This document shows positions 38,341 through 51,422 of a DNA stretch of 64,000 nucleotides, one piece after another. Numbering within the stretch: position 1 is the stretch's first letter; each line of letters starts with the position of its first letter. This stretch comes from Mytilus californianus (lineage: Eukaryota): NCBI RefSeq assembly GCF_021869535.1, contig NW_026262690.1, forward strand, positions 91,822,001-91,886,000, in the 5' to 3' direction. The position numbers were made by a program, and so were the translations under genes. A model generated the notes under the pieces. That model made no database searches, had not been told where the DNA came from, and worked only from the letters and a program-made list of their open reading frames with translations.

Positions 38341-41300
38341 TTACGTGTTATAGTCAACCGGTTCTTTTATTTGTCTTTGTACATTATTTACTTTACTGTT
38401 TAGTCCATTTTGGTAATATCCTTTTGGCGTGGCTCGGTACTTATACATCCCGCCATTGTGTAATTGTGCTATCGTCATTTATTGTATTCTTGTTTTTCCT
38501 TTTTGCTTATGTGCTTTGCCTACATGTATATGCCCTTTCGTTTTTCTTTGTAGACACATTTGTTTGTTTTCATAAAGATTGTGATTATAATAATTTTGCC
38601 AGTTGATAAGGGACTTTCCGTTTTGAATTTTCCTTGGAGTTCGGTATTTTTGTTATTTTACTTATTTTTAAATTTTGGCCTACCCACTCATTTGTTGATG
38701 AATATACACTTGATTTGGCAAAATTACTCTAAAGGAAAATATATATGATACATGTATACATGTAGCACTGTAAAATAAATTGTTAAAAAATAACATTTTT
38801 TTTTTTTGTGATCACAGAATAATAGTTTGTCATTTCATAATTTTACACATTTGCTTTAGACTTCAAACTTCCTGTTATTAAAGAAAAAATGCAAAAATAT
38901 CAAATAATTACCTTTTGCGGTCTGGTTATTTACATTTGGATGAAAAAAAGCATTTATATCCAAAAAGTTTATTTTGTTACAATATATCTTATACTAGTAT
39001 CTTAGTGTATGTAAAATATTATTTATGTAAAGTTTTTGATCGTATCTAATTTTATTCCCAAACAAAAACATATGTGTGAAATGACCAATTTAGGACAAAT
39101 ATGCCAAGTATATCAAGGAAGTTATTGAATCAATCATCCCCTGGAAAGTTTCACGGAAATCCCCATGGTTTTGTTAATTATTACATTATATATTTGTCAC
39201 AAATTACCACGGATATGTTCCACTTGCCGTAGCCACAGTCTCGTCTTTTTTCCTCTATTGTGGCATTACGGAATAAGACTCATCACTGAAATTTCAATTT
39301 TCAATGAGTAACATGACAGGTGCCACTAGTCGAATAAAAACTGCTTACTCTTCTGGGTCACTGGAGTTCACCCCAGAATTTTAGGTGTTCTCGTATTGCT
39401 CAATCTTTAATTTGACGCGTAGTGTTTTGTGGACTGTTGTTTGAATTTCGTCTTTTTTATTTTGGCCATGTTTTGTCTGTTTTATAAGACTTGTTGGTTT
39501 TTCAGCATTTTTATGGCGTCAAAGCGATATCCCAATTATTTTTTACTGCACTAAAGTGCTTGATAATCATATTCATTTTTCATTAAAATTAATATTATTC
39601 TATAAAACGCGATTCAGAAAAAGCAACGAATGTCTTTTAAAAAAATTTTTTTTTACCTACGACTACGTGTTCCTTGGTCAAAATACAGATAATGCTTAAA
39701 TCATGAAATAGAAATAAGAATATTTTAACGGCGTTTGGTTTATAAAGCATGCATACTGTCGTGAGAGTTCATGCAGTCCCAAATGTTTCCTTCATATGTC
39801 AACCTTGCCTTCTATTAAATAAATAAAGTAAAAAGGGCAAATAAAGTACACTACAATGCATTTATGAAAATCTATGGTTCTACATTCTTTTGATATTACG
39901 TACTGATATTTTGGCAGTGCACAAAGTCATGCTTTTCTCAGACTGTTTTTATGACGTATTTACACTCAATCTGTTGGATATGTACTGCATGGTTAATATT
40001 TTAGTTTGGGAGAACATGATTGATATTGGCTTTGAACTAACTTTCAGTAACTGCGAGTACTCATAGATCGGAACTTTTTGTCTGATGAGTCAAGATATTT
40101 CCAACTGATTTTTACAGTTTGTTCTTATAAAGTGCTGTTGCATCATTGTCCCAGGTAAGGGGGAGGGTCGAGGGCTCACAACCATGTTAAACCCCGCTAT
40201 ACTCTATATGTGCATGTCCTATTTCAGGAGCCTGTAATTCATTGGTTTAAAGTTGGATTCTGTCTGTTATATTTCTTTTTCGTTAATTGTTTATTTTTTC
40301 AGAAATCAGTCCGTTGGTTAAATCGTTTGAATTATCTCACAATTTTTCACGGCGTGGCCTTTTATAGCCTTTTATAGCTGACTATACGGTATGGGTTTTG
40401 CTCATTCTTGAAGTCTGCACGGCTACCTATAGTTGCTTAAATTCGATTCATTTGGACTCTGTTAAATAGTCGTCTTATTGGCAATCATACCACATCTCCA
40501 TATTTTATATACTATATGTAGGTAGAAAATATTTCAGAAATAACTCTTTGAGATATGAATGTTCAAGTGTTAAGGGTGTTCAATAGCACATAAAAAGGAC
40601 AACAGGAATCACCAAAATACTGATCAGCACAACAGCCACCAATACCCTACTTCTCCGAAAAAATAAAAATATATACAACAACGAACAAAATGCGCTATAG
40701 ATAGCTTGACTTGGTACAAGCACAATGATGTGGGGTTAAACAAGTTGTATGTGCACACAAACCTCCCTCTTAATATCTAAACCGTATGTCGTAAAACTAA
40801 AACAGACAAAAAAACTTGCACAACTAACAAAAGGGAGACCGCTAATATGAACAAGGGAAAACACCGACATTTAAATTGCATTAAAAGCAGAGTCAAAATG
40901 TACTCGCTACTAGGAAGTTTTGTGGGGTCGCTAGTCTAATAGCTGTTGGTTGGTTCTGGACGAAACAACACTCCTAATAGGTATTAAACATCACGTAATC
41001 AAACACCAAGTCTGAATTAATTTAACCTCGCCACATATCTGCTTTGTCGATTCAATAAGGCCGCGTAACATGCTCTGCATATTTATCTAATTACCTACTT
41101 GTATGTCTTCAAAGGTAATTTGTTTTACATGTACGTCGAGTTAGGTGTACTTTTTAGAAGATAAGTCTTGAAATTACGGTGAATTGGTGAATTATTTTCC
41201 ATTCCTTTGACAAACCAACTAAACTCTTCTCGTCGACTAGTTTCTTTATTCGTAGAGACAAACTTCATACCGGAAGATTCAAGAAGAATGAAAAGAGACT

Positions 41301-42010
41301 TGCGTTATCCCTAAACTTCATGTCCCGCTAAGAAAGTGCTGGCCTTTCAATGAGTTATTCAAAATTGTTTCGTGACTTTATTGATCCCATTTATCCTATT
41401 GAAATGAGGGGATAACAAAGATACAGTAAGTTTGTTTTTCCTTTCAGGACTTCCTTGATGGAAGGTTTTTGCTGATACGGAAACTACTGAACTAAGAATT
41501 ATTGATAGTTAAGTTATTCATATCATATATTTTACGGATGTCTTCATGACTTGGTTGACCTTCACAATAAATCTTTGTCACAGAGACAACCAAGGAACTA
41601 GGTTTTTTGTTTATTGTTTTGTTCATAAATCTGGCCCATGGATTTATCCTTTGAATTGTTTTACATTTTGTCATGTCGGGACCTTTTATAGCTTGTGATG
41701 CGGTGTGGGTTTTGCTCATTGTTGAGGGCCGTACGGTGACCTGTAGTTGCTAACATCTATCATTTTGGATTCTGGCGGATAGTTGTCTCCACATCTTATT
41801 GTTTTATGTATATGTATATATATATATTGCGAAAGCAAATTTTACAGATCTAACATTGTTGGGCTGATGTTTAGACGAGTTGTATATATATATATATATA
41901 TATTCGGGTTTATATGATCCGTTCATCCTATTTCGACTCTTTCAAAATTCAAGAGTCTATCCTAAATTGAGGTAAATTATATGGCCTTCCAAATACCGTT
42001 TCGATTCCTA

Positions 42011-42054
42011 ACATCACTGAAGAGACATTAATTGTCGAAATCCGGATATGGTGT
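42011..42054 (+). ncRNA. Type I hammerhead ribozyme, intact core
   Basis: ACATCA-CTGAAGA-GACA TTAAT TGTC-GAAA-TCCGGA-TA|TGGTGT; predicted cleavage after 42048. Confidence 0.85.
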
Positions 42055-42523
42055 ACAAATTTTTGCACCTCATGTTTGCGGTATACCATCTTTTCCGCAA
42101 GTTTATTGTTTTCTGTTTGGTAATAAATTATTATAAGATCCATTTCGTTACATCTGGTGATCCGTTTATTTGGCAATCGCCATGGCAGTCAGCAGGGTTT
42201 AAGAACATCCGTTGTTCGACCTGTTAGTCAAATGCGTTTTGTTAAAATATACTTTTTCACTTTTTTGGTCTTTTGGAAAATGTTGTTTGTGCTGTATTTA
42301 GACCCCTCTACCAAGACATTTGTTTCGCATGCACACGTATAAAAATTGTGGTTTTTATCCAACGCAATCATAGGTTTGAACGTTGTTTTCAATTTAGACT
42401 TGTTTATATTTTTTCGTTTGGGCTTGTATTATATTTGCCTTCGGGTTTATATCTTCAAAATTCAAGAGTCAATCCCAAATTGAGGTAAATTATATGGCCT
42501 TCCAAATACCGTTTCGATTCCTA

Positions 42524-42567
42524 ACATCACTGAAGAGACATTAATTGTCGAAATCCGGATATGGTGT
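42524..42567 (+). ncRNA. Type I hammerhead ribozyme, intact core
   Basis: Same motif 513 nt downstream; predicted cleavage after 42561. Confidence 0.85.
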
Positions 42568-43288
42568 ACAAATTTTTGCACCTCATGTTTGCGGTATACC
42601 ATCTATTCCGCAAGTTTTTTGTTTTCTATTTGGTATTAGATTAAAATTTAGATCCATTTTGTTACATCTGTGATCCGTTTATTTGGCAATCGCCATGGCA
42701 GTCAGCAGGGTTTAAGAACATCCGTTGTTCGACCTGCAAGTCAAATGCGTTTTGTTAAAATATACTTTTTCACTTTTTGGTCTTTTGGAAAATGTTGTTA
42801 GTGCTGTATTTAGACCTACCAAGAAATTTGTTTGCATGCACACGTATAAAAATTGCGGTTTTTATCCAACGCAATCATAGGTTTGAACGTTGTTTTCAAT
42901 TTAGACTTGTATATATATATATATTTGGTATTAGATTAAAATTTAGATCCATTTTGTTACATCGATATATTTACAAATTTAGATCGTCCAGTGCTGTTTA
43001 TTTGGAATTCTTATTGACGCAATCGTTCTTGTAACATCATAACTGTCGTCACCGTTAAAGCTTTAGAATTGTGCTAGTTCATATCGCACATTATTATTTT
43101 TATTTAAAGCATATATTTGAACTCTCTGCTGTAATTAGTCATATAACCTATGTCGTGTTTAACACATATTTAGAATTGTGCAAGCGTCTTACCTGATGTT
43201 CGGTTTGACTTTTTTATTGTATAAATTTCAAGATTGTTATAGTTTAATTTAAGTAGACTGATATATGATTCATTCAACATCACAATCA

Positions 43289-43333
43289 TATTTACTGATG
43301 AAGGATATCTGTTATCCGAAATATTTATAAATA
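43289..43333 (+). ncRNA. Candidate variant hammerhead motif
   Basis: TATTTA-CTGATGA-A-GGATA TCTGT TATCC-GAAA-TATT-TA|TAAATA; stems I and II pair, one extra A after the core, stem III poor. Confidence 0.4.
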
Positions 43334-44579
43334 ATTACATTTATAGTTCCTTTTTTTGTTATTGGTGTTGTTGTGTACACTTTTTAGGCGTTTATATAAT
43401 TTATTTATTGTGTACATGTATCGTTACTCGTAACGATCCAGCGCCCTCGTGGGAAAAATCGTTGACTATTATTCAGACGTTTTATATATATATATATATA
43501 TATGTTCCGTTTGTCGTTGAGACAATCTGTCACCATTTCATTGTTCAACTTTGACTAATAAAAAAATGCGACATATCAACAGCTAGAATTGAGAACGGAA
43601 ACGGGGAATGTGTCAAAGAGACTAAAGAGCAGAAAACAGCCCAAGGCCACCAATGGATCTTCAACGCAGCGAGAAAATCCCGCACCCGATGCGGGCTCCA
43701 GCTAGCCCCTAAACAATAATGTATACTAGTTCAGCGAAATATTTACTTTGATGAGTTTGGTGTCACTGTTTGAGAATGCGCAGCTTACCCTTTTGGAACA
43801 CCTAAGTTTACCTTAATTTTTCATATAGGTATTTTTTTTTTTTTTTTAAGTTTTCTGTGCATCTTTTTAACTGTTGTTTGAATATTTGTATTTAATATTT
43901 TTTAATCATTGTATTGCCTGCTTTGATTTCACTGCCACCTTAGTATCTTTCTCGATTTGTTTTCAAATTATTAGAAATGTTTGAACTATTTTTTTTTTAT
44001 CCATGTTTAATCTTTGATTTATTCAAAAACTCTAGATTAATTCAAAAATGGGTAGTAAAAATTCCTCATGATATATCAATTCCATAGAGTTCAGAACAGT
44101 TTGGTCGATGATATTTTTGAATAGCGTGTAGAAATGTTTTGTTTGCTATCGACAACAATATTCTAACACCCGAGAAGGTCATTATGGGACCGGCAAAAGG
44201 GTTTGAGGAGCCAAATACAATCATAGAAGTTGGTTTCCATTCATAAAACACAAGTTTCAGCATGCATTCTGATAGAATTATACAGCTTACGTCTTTTGTG
44301 TAGTTACACTAGAAATATTCCATTAAACCATTAAGAATACTTAGTCTCGTATTTTATGAGTAAGATCAATATCTTTAAGTTACGGTATATAATAAAAGGA
44401 GTGAAATATAAGACCTCTTCACAGACCATAGAAATGAAACAACGAAATGTCATTGTTTCCCGTAATTTGAAACTTACGTTTATTTGTGCTTCTATTTGCA
44501 TATTTTTAAAAGATTTTCACCACTCAAACTCGTGACCCAAGTTGAGCCAAACTTAATATGAATGTATGGCAAGCCGTTT

Positions 44580-44830
44580 TACTATTTATTCTATATATAA
44601 AGTATATACGATATCTAAAAAAACTACATTATATAAGATATCTTATATATTATATAAGATATCTTATAAAATATATGAGATATCTTATAAAGTATATAAG
44701 ATATTTTATATAAAAATATTTATAAGATATCTTATTTACTTTATGAGATATCTCATTTAGTTTATAAGATATCTCATATAATATATAAGTAGTTTTTATT
44801 AGATATCTTATATACTTTATAAGATATCTA
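44580..44830. repeat. Low-complexity TATAAGATATCTTATA palindromic repeat tract
   Basis: Repeated self-complementary 16-mer variants. Confidence 0.8.
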
Positions 44831-47280
44831 GACATGACTGAAAACCGTGTATAGAGGTAAATTGCAAATTTTTGCTTATTACTTGAAAAATATAATAGAC
44901 AGGGGAACTTTGAGAGAATAAAAATATCCTTGAGATCCACTGTAATTTCATCTAGATTTTCAGACCATTCCTTATTTGAGGTATTGTCCTTTTATATTGA
45001 TATTGATTAAAATTAGCTGAATATTTAGAAAAATAATTGTTTGGCCTATTTTATCCAGTAGTAATAATACTGTTAGTAGTAATATTTGCATTGGTGGTTT
45101 GGTCCGCAAGGAAATCCAATATTATTTCAAAAACTACTCGCTACCGTGAATGATAATATATACTTTGTCGTCATAAATAAACACTATAAATATATTTCGC
45201 ACTTTTCTACATTTCGACTTCCCGAACTATTATACACAGGTAAAATTCAATTATCAAAAGGAATGAAAAAATGCACTCTTTAGACATAAAAGAAAATGGT
45301 ACACAAGATAGAAAGCCCTAAAAAGACTAATGCAGTTATCGCTAAAATAAGAATAAAAACAACGAGTAATGAATAGAAGTAAGGAGGGGGGGGGGGATAG
45401 AAGTAAGGAGGAGGGGGGGGGGGGAGAGTACACAGTCTTTCCTTTTAATGTTACCATGTACATGTCCAATTCAGTACTTCTGATGATAGGACACTGGATG
45501 ATTTGGAGGCATTATTTGATCCTTGCATACGTATTATTTACATGAGAACATGTTTGCATTTTAAAATATACAAATAAATATTAAAAACAAACACCTCGTG
45601 CAATCATTTAAACCTCTAAACCGTTGTTTAATATGTTTAAAAGCCAACGAAATAGCTCTTATAATTAATATTCAAATTTCAGATAGAAAGCACGTTTTAT
45701 AATCAAAATTGGATCCCGTATTTGTGGATGCAGTAGGTTATCTAGTGATTCTCTGCACGGCAACATGAATCTGAGAATCTAATGAGAAAGAAACGCAGAA
45801 TTTCCACGTTTTAGGATTGTGCAACGCCCACGTGTACTTATTTGGTACAATCTATTATTTGACGGATCACCGTATGGGTGTGGTAAGTAAAATTCTGCCC
45901 GTGTTATTTTTTACTTTTATACACATATACACGGAGTTACTAAGCTCCATAGAGGTCGAACTACAAAACACTGATAAATTAAATCATGTAACTGTTAGAG
46001 AATTTTCCCAGGAATATGAATTACCCCTTGAAAACATGCACCTAAATCAAAGAGTACGATTTGCAACTCGTATCTGAACAGAAAGTTCAAAGATAAAGAC
46101 GTTCCTAAAGGTTGATATCAATATGTATGTTTACATATTACAAAGTCTAAATTTAACTTAACTCGTGTCCGTGTAAGCTATGGTATGAGTTCATCATCTG
46201 CACTAGTTAACCTGTAAAAACCATAGTTCATAACATCTTTAGGAGTCCTAAATTGCTTCAAAGTATTCTGATGGATTATTGTGTGAATGTTAAATTTAGC
46301 CTTGAGATACTGGAGTTTGCAAATTTTCAATATATAAAAATAATATTTAGTTTGATTTTAATTTACTGATAACAAAATCAATATTAAAACCAATAAAAAC
46401 AATATTCAAAGATATCATTATAGTGTTGAAATGGTAACCTTTTAGAATAAATTTGTTTCAAGGATCGATAAGTTTACCAGGATCGTATATACATGTCCGG
46501 GCTCGGCTCTCCGTAAAACTTAGGATGTGCTATCCCGTAAGTCTTTTTACAAAAAAAAAGACACCATATTTATAAATTATCAATCTGATTAAAATACAGA
46601 TCCTGAGTCCAAGCTATGCTTACAAGCATCTGAAAACGCTTCGTTCTACGTTCTGTTTTAAAGACCTTCGGGAACTTTTGGTTTTGTCGGATAAAAACAC
46701 TCCTTCAAAAATTAGAAGGCTGAAATTTCATTGGTTGATGAAATAAATACCAGAACAGAAAGTAAAACGGACTGTTGTCAGATCCTTGTAAGCAAAGCTT
46801 GAACACAGAATATGTACTTTAATCAGTTTGGTATATCAAATTAATTCTCGAACAAAACCACATTTAAAGCTCAACTAATGTATAGCTTAACGATTTCGTC
46901 AATCAGTCACACAAAGAAGACGTCCATGAGGGGGATGGGATTCTCTTTAAGCTAGACAAAAATTGCAAAGTAAAAACGAAAATATTTAGTAAGCCAATTT
47001 TATTTGTGTGCATTTATCATTCAATTAGCCAGTATAAACTAAATGAAATTGACCATACCGAACAATTTATAATTTAATAAGGTGACTCCATTTCAGCGAC
47101 CGATTTGAGAAGCGATCATTCTAGATTAAAAAACTACGGTAAATGAATAGCCTTGTATCAATGCTTGCAACAATGTAAAATATTTAATTTCAACATAACA
47201 TCTTGATAGCAATATATAAGTTAACAGATTATAAAGTCATTATACTCAATTATCCCAACAAAAAGTTAACTTTCTAACCA

Positions 47281-47314
47281 AGACGCATTATTCATAAATG
47301 CGTCTGGGTATAAA
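47281..47314 (+). promoter_or_regulatory. Candidate FReP core promoter: 9-bp inverted repeat followed by TATAAA
   Basis: AGACGCATT-N7-AATGCGTCT (47281-47305), TATAAA at 47309-47314, ATG at 47357. Confidence 0.45.
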
Positions 47315-47356
47315 TTGAACCAAAGTTATAATTCATGCATTTTGTGCAAAGTATCC

Positions 47357-47465
47357 ATGATGAATATACATGTCTTTTTATTGTTAATCTATGCCTTTGC
47401 AACAAAAATAATTTTGTGTGACAATGAAGTAAGGATGCGAATCCAAGGAAGCATAACTGCCACAG
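47357..47465 (+). CDS. FReP exon 1, signal peptide (MMNIHVFLLLIYAFATKIILCDNEVRMRIQGSITAT-G)
   Basis: Hydrophobic N-terminus, G|GTACGT phase-1 donor. Confidence 0.75.
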
Positions 47466-48909
47466 GTACGTGTATTTTCAGATATATACAACTTTCTTTT
47501 ATTTGGGCATATCTTTCATTTCTAGTTGCCAAATTTATTATATGTTCTGACTCACTTTTTAAAAAGTTCGAAACTCAAAAATCTATTGATATTATATTTT
47601 TAATGAGATATCAAGAATACGAATATTCATAATAATGAAATTGTTTTTATGTGGGAATCAAGTCATGCAAGGCGAAATAAAGTTGTAGACCATGGCCAGG
47701 AAATTTAAAATGCCTGGCATGAACTAGGTTTTTTTTTGTTATGATATATTAAACAAGGATTTTATTTAAGAGAATATAATTTCAAAAATGTTTTGAAAAT
47801 TAATTGTAAAGGAACCCGGACCTTGGAAAACTTTGAATAATTTAGCAAATAGAGAGAAAAAAACAGCGTTTTATCTTGGAGGGCCGAATCAGACACACTA
47901 GAGAAGTATACGAATATTTCTTTTAAATAATCCGGAACCGGAATATATATCTACCAATTGCAATTATACCGTTCAACAAATTTTAATAGAAGATGTAAAA
48001 TGTAAAGATTTTATTGATTTTTTAAGAAATTCCAATAATATTCATGAATCGTTTATGGATACTTTAATTAAAAGTGAGAATTTATTTTTTAATATTTGAA
48101 TCGATTGAAGAATAAAAGCTATTTAATATCATAAAAATACACTAAATCCATTGAAAGCTGGATGTGTACTGATTGTTAGTTAAGTCTTAGATACATGATT
48201 CTTTTTATTAGTTATGCTTTGAACTAGCTGTCAGTAACTGCAAGTACTCTCAGATCTGTACTTAGTGTCTTTTTTGTTGTAAGAAATGAGGGTGGATAAA
48301 TACCCTGCCACGTATGGTCTGTGATTTTGTTTGATGTTTTTTTTTTCTGCTTGGTACTGAATTGATGAGTTAAGCCTTTTTCAACTGATTTTTATGATTT
48401 GTTCTTATGTTGTGCTGTTACACCACTGTCCCAAGTTAGGGTGAGGATTGAACGCTCACAAACATGTTTACCCCGCCACATGCTTAATGTGCCTCTCCCA
48501 AGTCAGGAGCCTGTAGTTCAGTGGTTGTAGTTGGTTCATGTCGGTCATGTTTGTTTTTCGTAAATTGTTTTGTTATTAATTATGCCGTTAGTTTTCTCAA
48601 TTGTATTGTTTCATATTTTTCATGAAGGGGCCTTTTATAGCCGACTATACGGTATGGGTTTTTTCATTGTTGAAGGCCGTATGGTTGCCTATAATTGCTA
48701 ACATCCACTTCATTTGAACTTTGGTGGATAGTTGTTTAATTGGCAATCATTCCACATCACCTTATTTTTATATTGGGACAGTGTTTATATAAAGCACGAT
48801 TTTAATTATTATTGATGTTTGGTCTTATAATAACAGTTTTTCATTATAGACGTAGATGGACGACCTTTGCCCGAATTACTAAAAACAATGCTTTTTAAAA
48901 TGTTAAGTA

Positions 48910-50024
48910 TTTTTAGCTCACCAAGCTTAAAGAGCCAAGTGAGATATTCTTATCAGTTTGTGTTCGTCGTCGTCCGTCGTCCGTTGCCTTTAAAATAATC
49001 TTCTCCTCTGAAACTGCTGGTCCAAATATAACAAAATTGGGCCACAATCATCATTGGGGTTTCTAGTTTAAAAGATATAACCGATGATCCAGCCTGCCAA
49101 ACAACTTAGCGGAGGTGGCAACAAATAGAACAAATGATTAAAATGCCAGTTTTGTGATTTATCTTGAAAACCGCTGGAGAAAAAAAAATTGACAGTGCAG
49201 AAATGTTCAGAATGTTGAAATCTACCTACTGTCTTAGATACGAAAACTGTCAGATGATTACTGGGTGTCCGCACATTGTGCGAGAGAAAAAAAGTTTTCT
49301 CCCTCTGCTTTTGCGGGATGAAAATAGGCGGCCGCTGGTGTCTGCAGATTGTGCGAGAGAGGAATAAAAAGAGTTGTTGTCCTTTAAGGACGATTTTTAC
49401 CTTTTTTGTATTTTTTCCTTTTATCTTGAAAACTATAATAAATAGATAACTTTTTTTTTATAACAAAATTGATGAGCAAGACAAGATAAATCTACATAAA
49501 AGTCAAATTCCCGAAATCGTAGATCCACTCCTTCTATGGGTTATTGCTTATGAATGACGATTCATACCAAATATTTGCGTTTTTGCTTATTATCTTGAGA
49601 ACTTTAATAGGTGATTACAATGTAGCAAGACAACTTGAAGATCTAGTGTACATGGCGGAAATTGTTGGTAGACTGCTTAAATGAATAATTGCCCCTAAAT
49701 GACATATTTTGCGTGTTTGCTTATTATCTTGAAAACCATAATAGAGACACTAAAAAAGCGAAAAGAGATCAAAAGGACAAGATCTTAAAATTTGTCTATA
49801 TGTCTGAAATCGTCAGTCGAATCCTTATAGAGGCTATTGTCACTAAATGATGATTTTTATAATTTGTTTGCATTTTTGACTAGAGCTATAGTAAATAAAG
49901 AAAAACTGTAAATAGTAAAAATAATCGCCAAGACAAGATCAACAAAAAGGGACCTTAGTCATGAATTAAAGCTAAGTCACATAAATCAAGGTGAGCGATA
50001 CAGACTATTTAGAGCCTTTAATTT
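48910..50024 (-). mobile_element. HINE-like element, copy 3 (FReP intron 1)
   Basis: Diverged homolog of 31186-32236 with GCTCACC/GGTGAGC subterminal repeats. Confidence 0.6.
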
Positions 50025-50764
50025 TAAACTCTAAAATAAAATTATAATATCAGAGCTCACTACAGAAAAACATAAAATTGTAGCAGTACTTTATTTTGGG
50101 TTTAGCTTTTTTTTTATTATATTCTCAAATACGATATATTTGTGTCTTATTACACATTTTATTTTTTTAGAGTTAAGTGGTTTACTGGTTTTTATTTGTG
50201 ATGTTCGATTGTCGCTTCGTCTATCTGCTGATCCAGATTATAAATGGAAGGATTAAAATAGTTTACCCACGTTAGTTTTCGAGATATAAGCCTTTGAAAA
50301 ATTGGCGAAAATTATTTTCTCTTGATTTTTCATACATTTAACATTGGCACCTTTTTTCTTTCAAAAACTACCAAAAATAACCTGGATTTTATCAGATTTT
50401 CAAATATTGCTTTTAAAACTATATGTAATAAAATTATAAAAAAGAAAAGCAGCGGTTAGCGGGAAAAATATTTATTGGCATTACATTGATAAAATCACAG
50501 GATTTCCGTATATCTGACAAAAGTTCAAAAACAATAGTAGCGACCATCCATAAGTCAGGAACCTCAGCAGTAGTTGACGTATCTTAATATTTCCGTTATT
50601 TGGATATTTTTGTTTCAATGGCAGATCATCTTTGATTGTCTCTGTTGAATAAGAAGTTATTATATACCGACCAAACATCTTTCAGATGTTTATAAGACGT
50701 TATTTTGTCAGACATCGATATTTATATTTTGCAATTTGGTCTTACATATTTCCATCATCGACAG

Positions 50765-50839
50765 GTACAATGGAAAACATAACTGAAGACTCCAGAAAAA
50801 CAGTCAAGCTTGCCACCGAAATTAAGAATATGCTGAACG
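50765..50839 (+). CDS. FReP exon 2 (TMENITEDSRKTVKLATEIKNMLN)
   Basis: CAG acceptor, GTTTGT donor, 75 bp phase 1-1; 64/75 identical to exon 3. Confidence 0.75.
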
Positions 50840-51107
50840 GTTTGTATATATCTTATTGATTACATTTCGCATTAAACATTATAAGTTTATGCAAAACGTA
50901 TGTTTTCTTGTTTAATTCAAAAGTTTTAAATCTAAACTACATTTGCGTATTACTAAATTGTCTTACCACTACCCCGCCACAATTTTATACCGAATGTAGC
51001 AGTTATACTACAGTTTTTTTTTCAAAGAAAAACAGGGGTCTTGGCGAGTATACAACAATATTTTATAAAACACATAAATAACTGTGCTGGTATATGAATC
51101 ATATACA

Positions 51108-51422
51108 AAAAGAATGTGTCCATAGTACACGGATGCCCTACTCGCACTATCATTTTCTATGTTCAGTGGACCGTGAATTGGGGTCAAAATTCTAATTGGG
51201 CAATAACATTAGAAATATCATATCATAGGGAACATGTGTACTAGGTTTCAACTTCATCAAAAACTACCTTGACCAAAAACTTTAACCTGAAGCAGGACAG
51301 ACGGATGGACGGATGGACGGACGGACGAACGAACGGACGAACGGACGAACGGACGAACGAACGGACGGACGAACGAACAGACAAACAGACCGAAAAACAG
51401 AATGCCCCTAGTTTGGGCATAA
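51108..51422 (+). mobile_element. Short HINE/DINE-1-like element with (GGAC/GAAC)n microsatellite
   Basis: Conserved block ACACGGATGCCC..CTCGCACTATCATTTTCTATGTTCAGTGGACCGTGAA, tetranucleotide tract, 3' hairpin; inverted copy at 55575-55878. Confidence 0.7.

Larger units (their letters stand above)
41903..42910 (+). mobile_element. Short retrozyme-like copy (~1.9 units) between (TA)n tracts
   Basis: Reverse-complement homolog of the 539-bp array unit; (TA)n at 41883-41902 and 42911-42924. Confidence 0.9.

Noticed and set aside
40082-40110. CTGATGAG as a hammerhead core (similar at ~19652, ~35823 and on the - strand near 58985)
   Set aside because: No stem II followed by GAAA with a compatible stem I
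45997-46009. kB-like site (GGGAAAATTCTC, - strand) upstream of the FReP
   Set aside because: Short degenerate motif expected by chance in this composition
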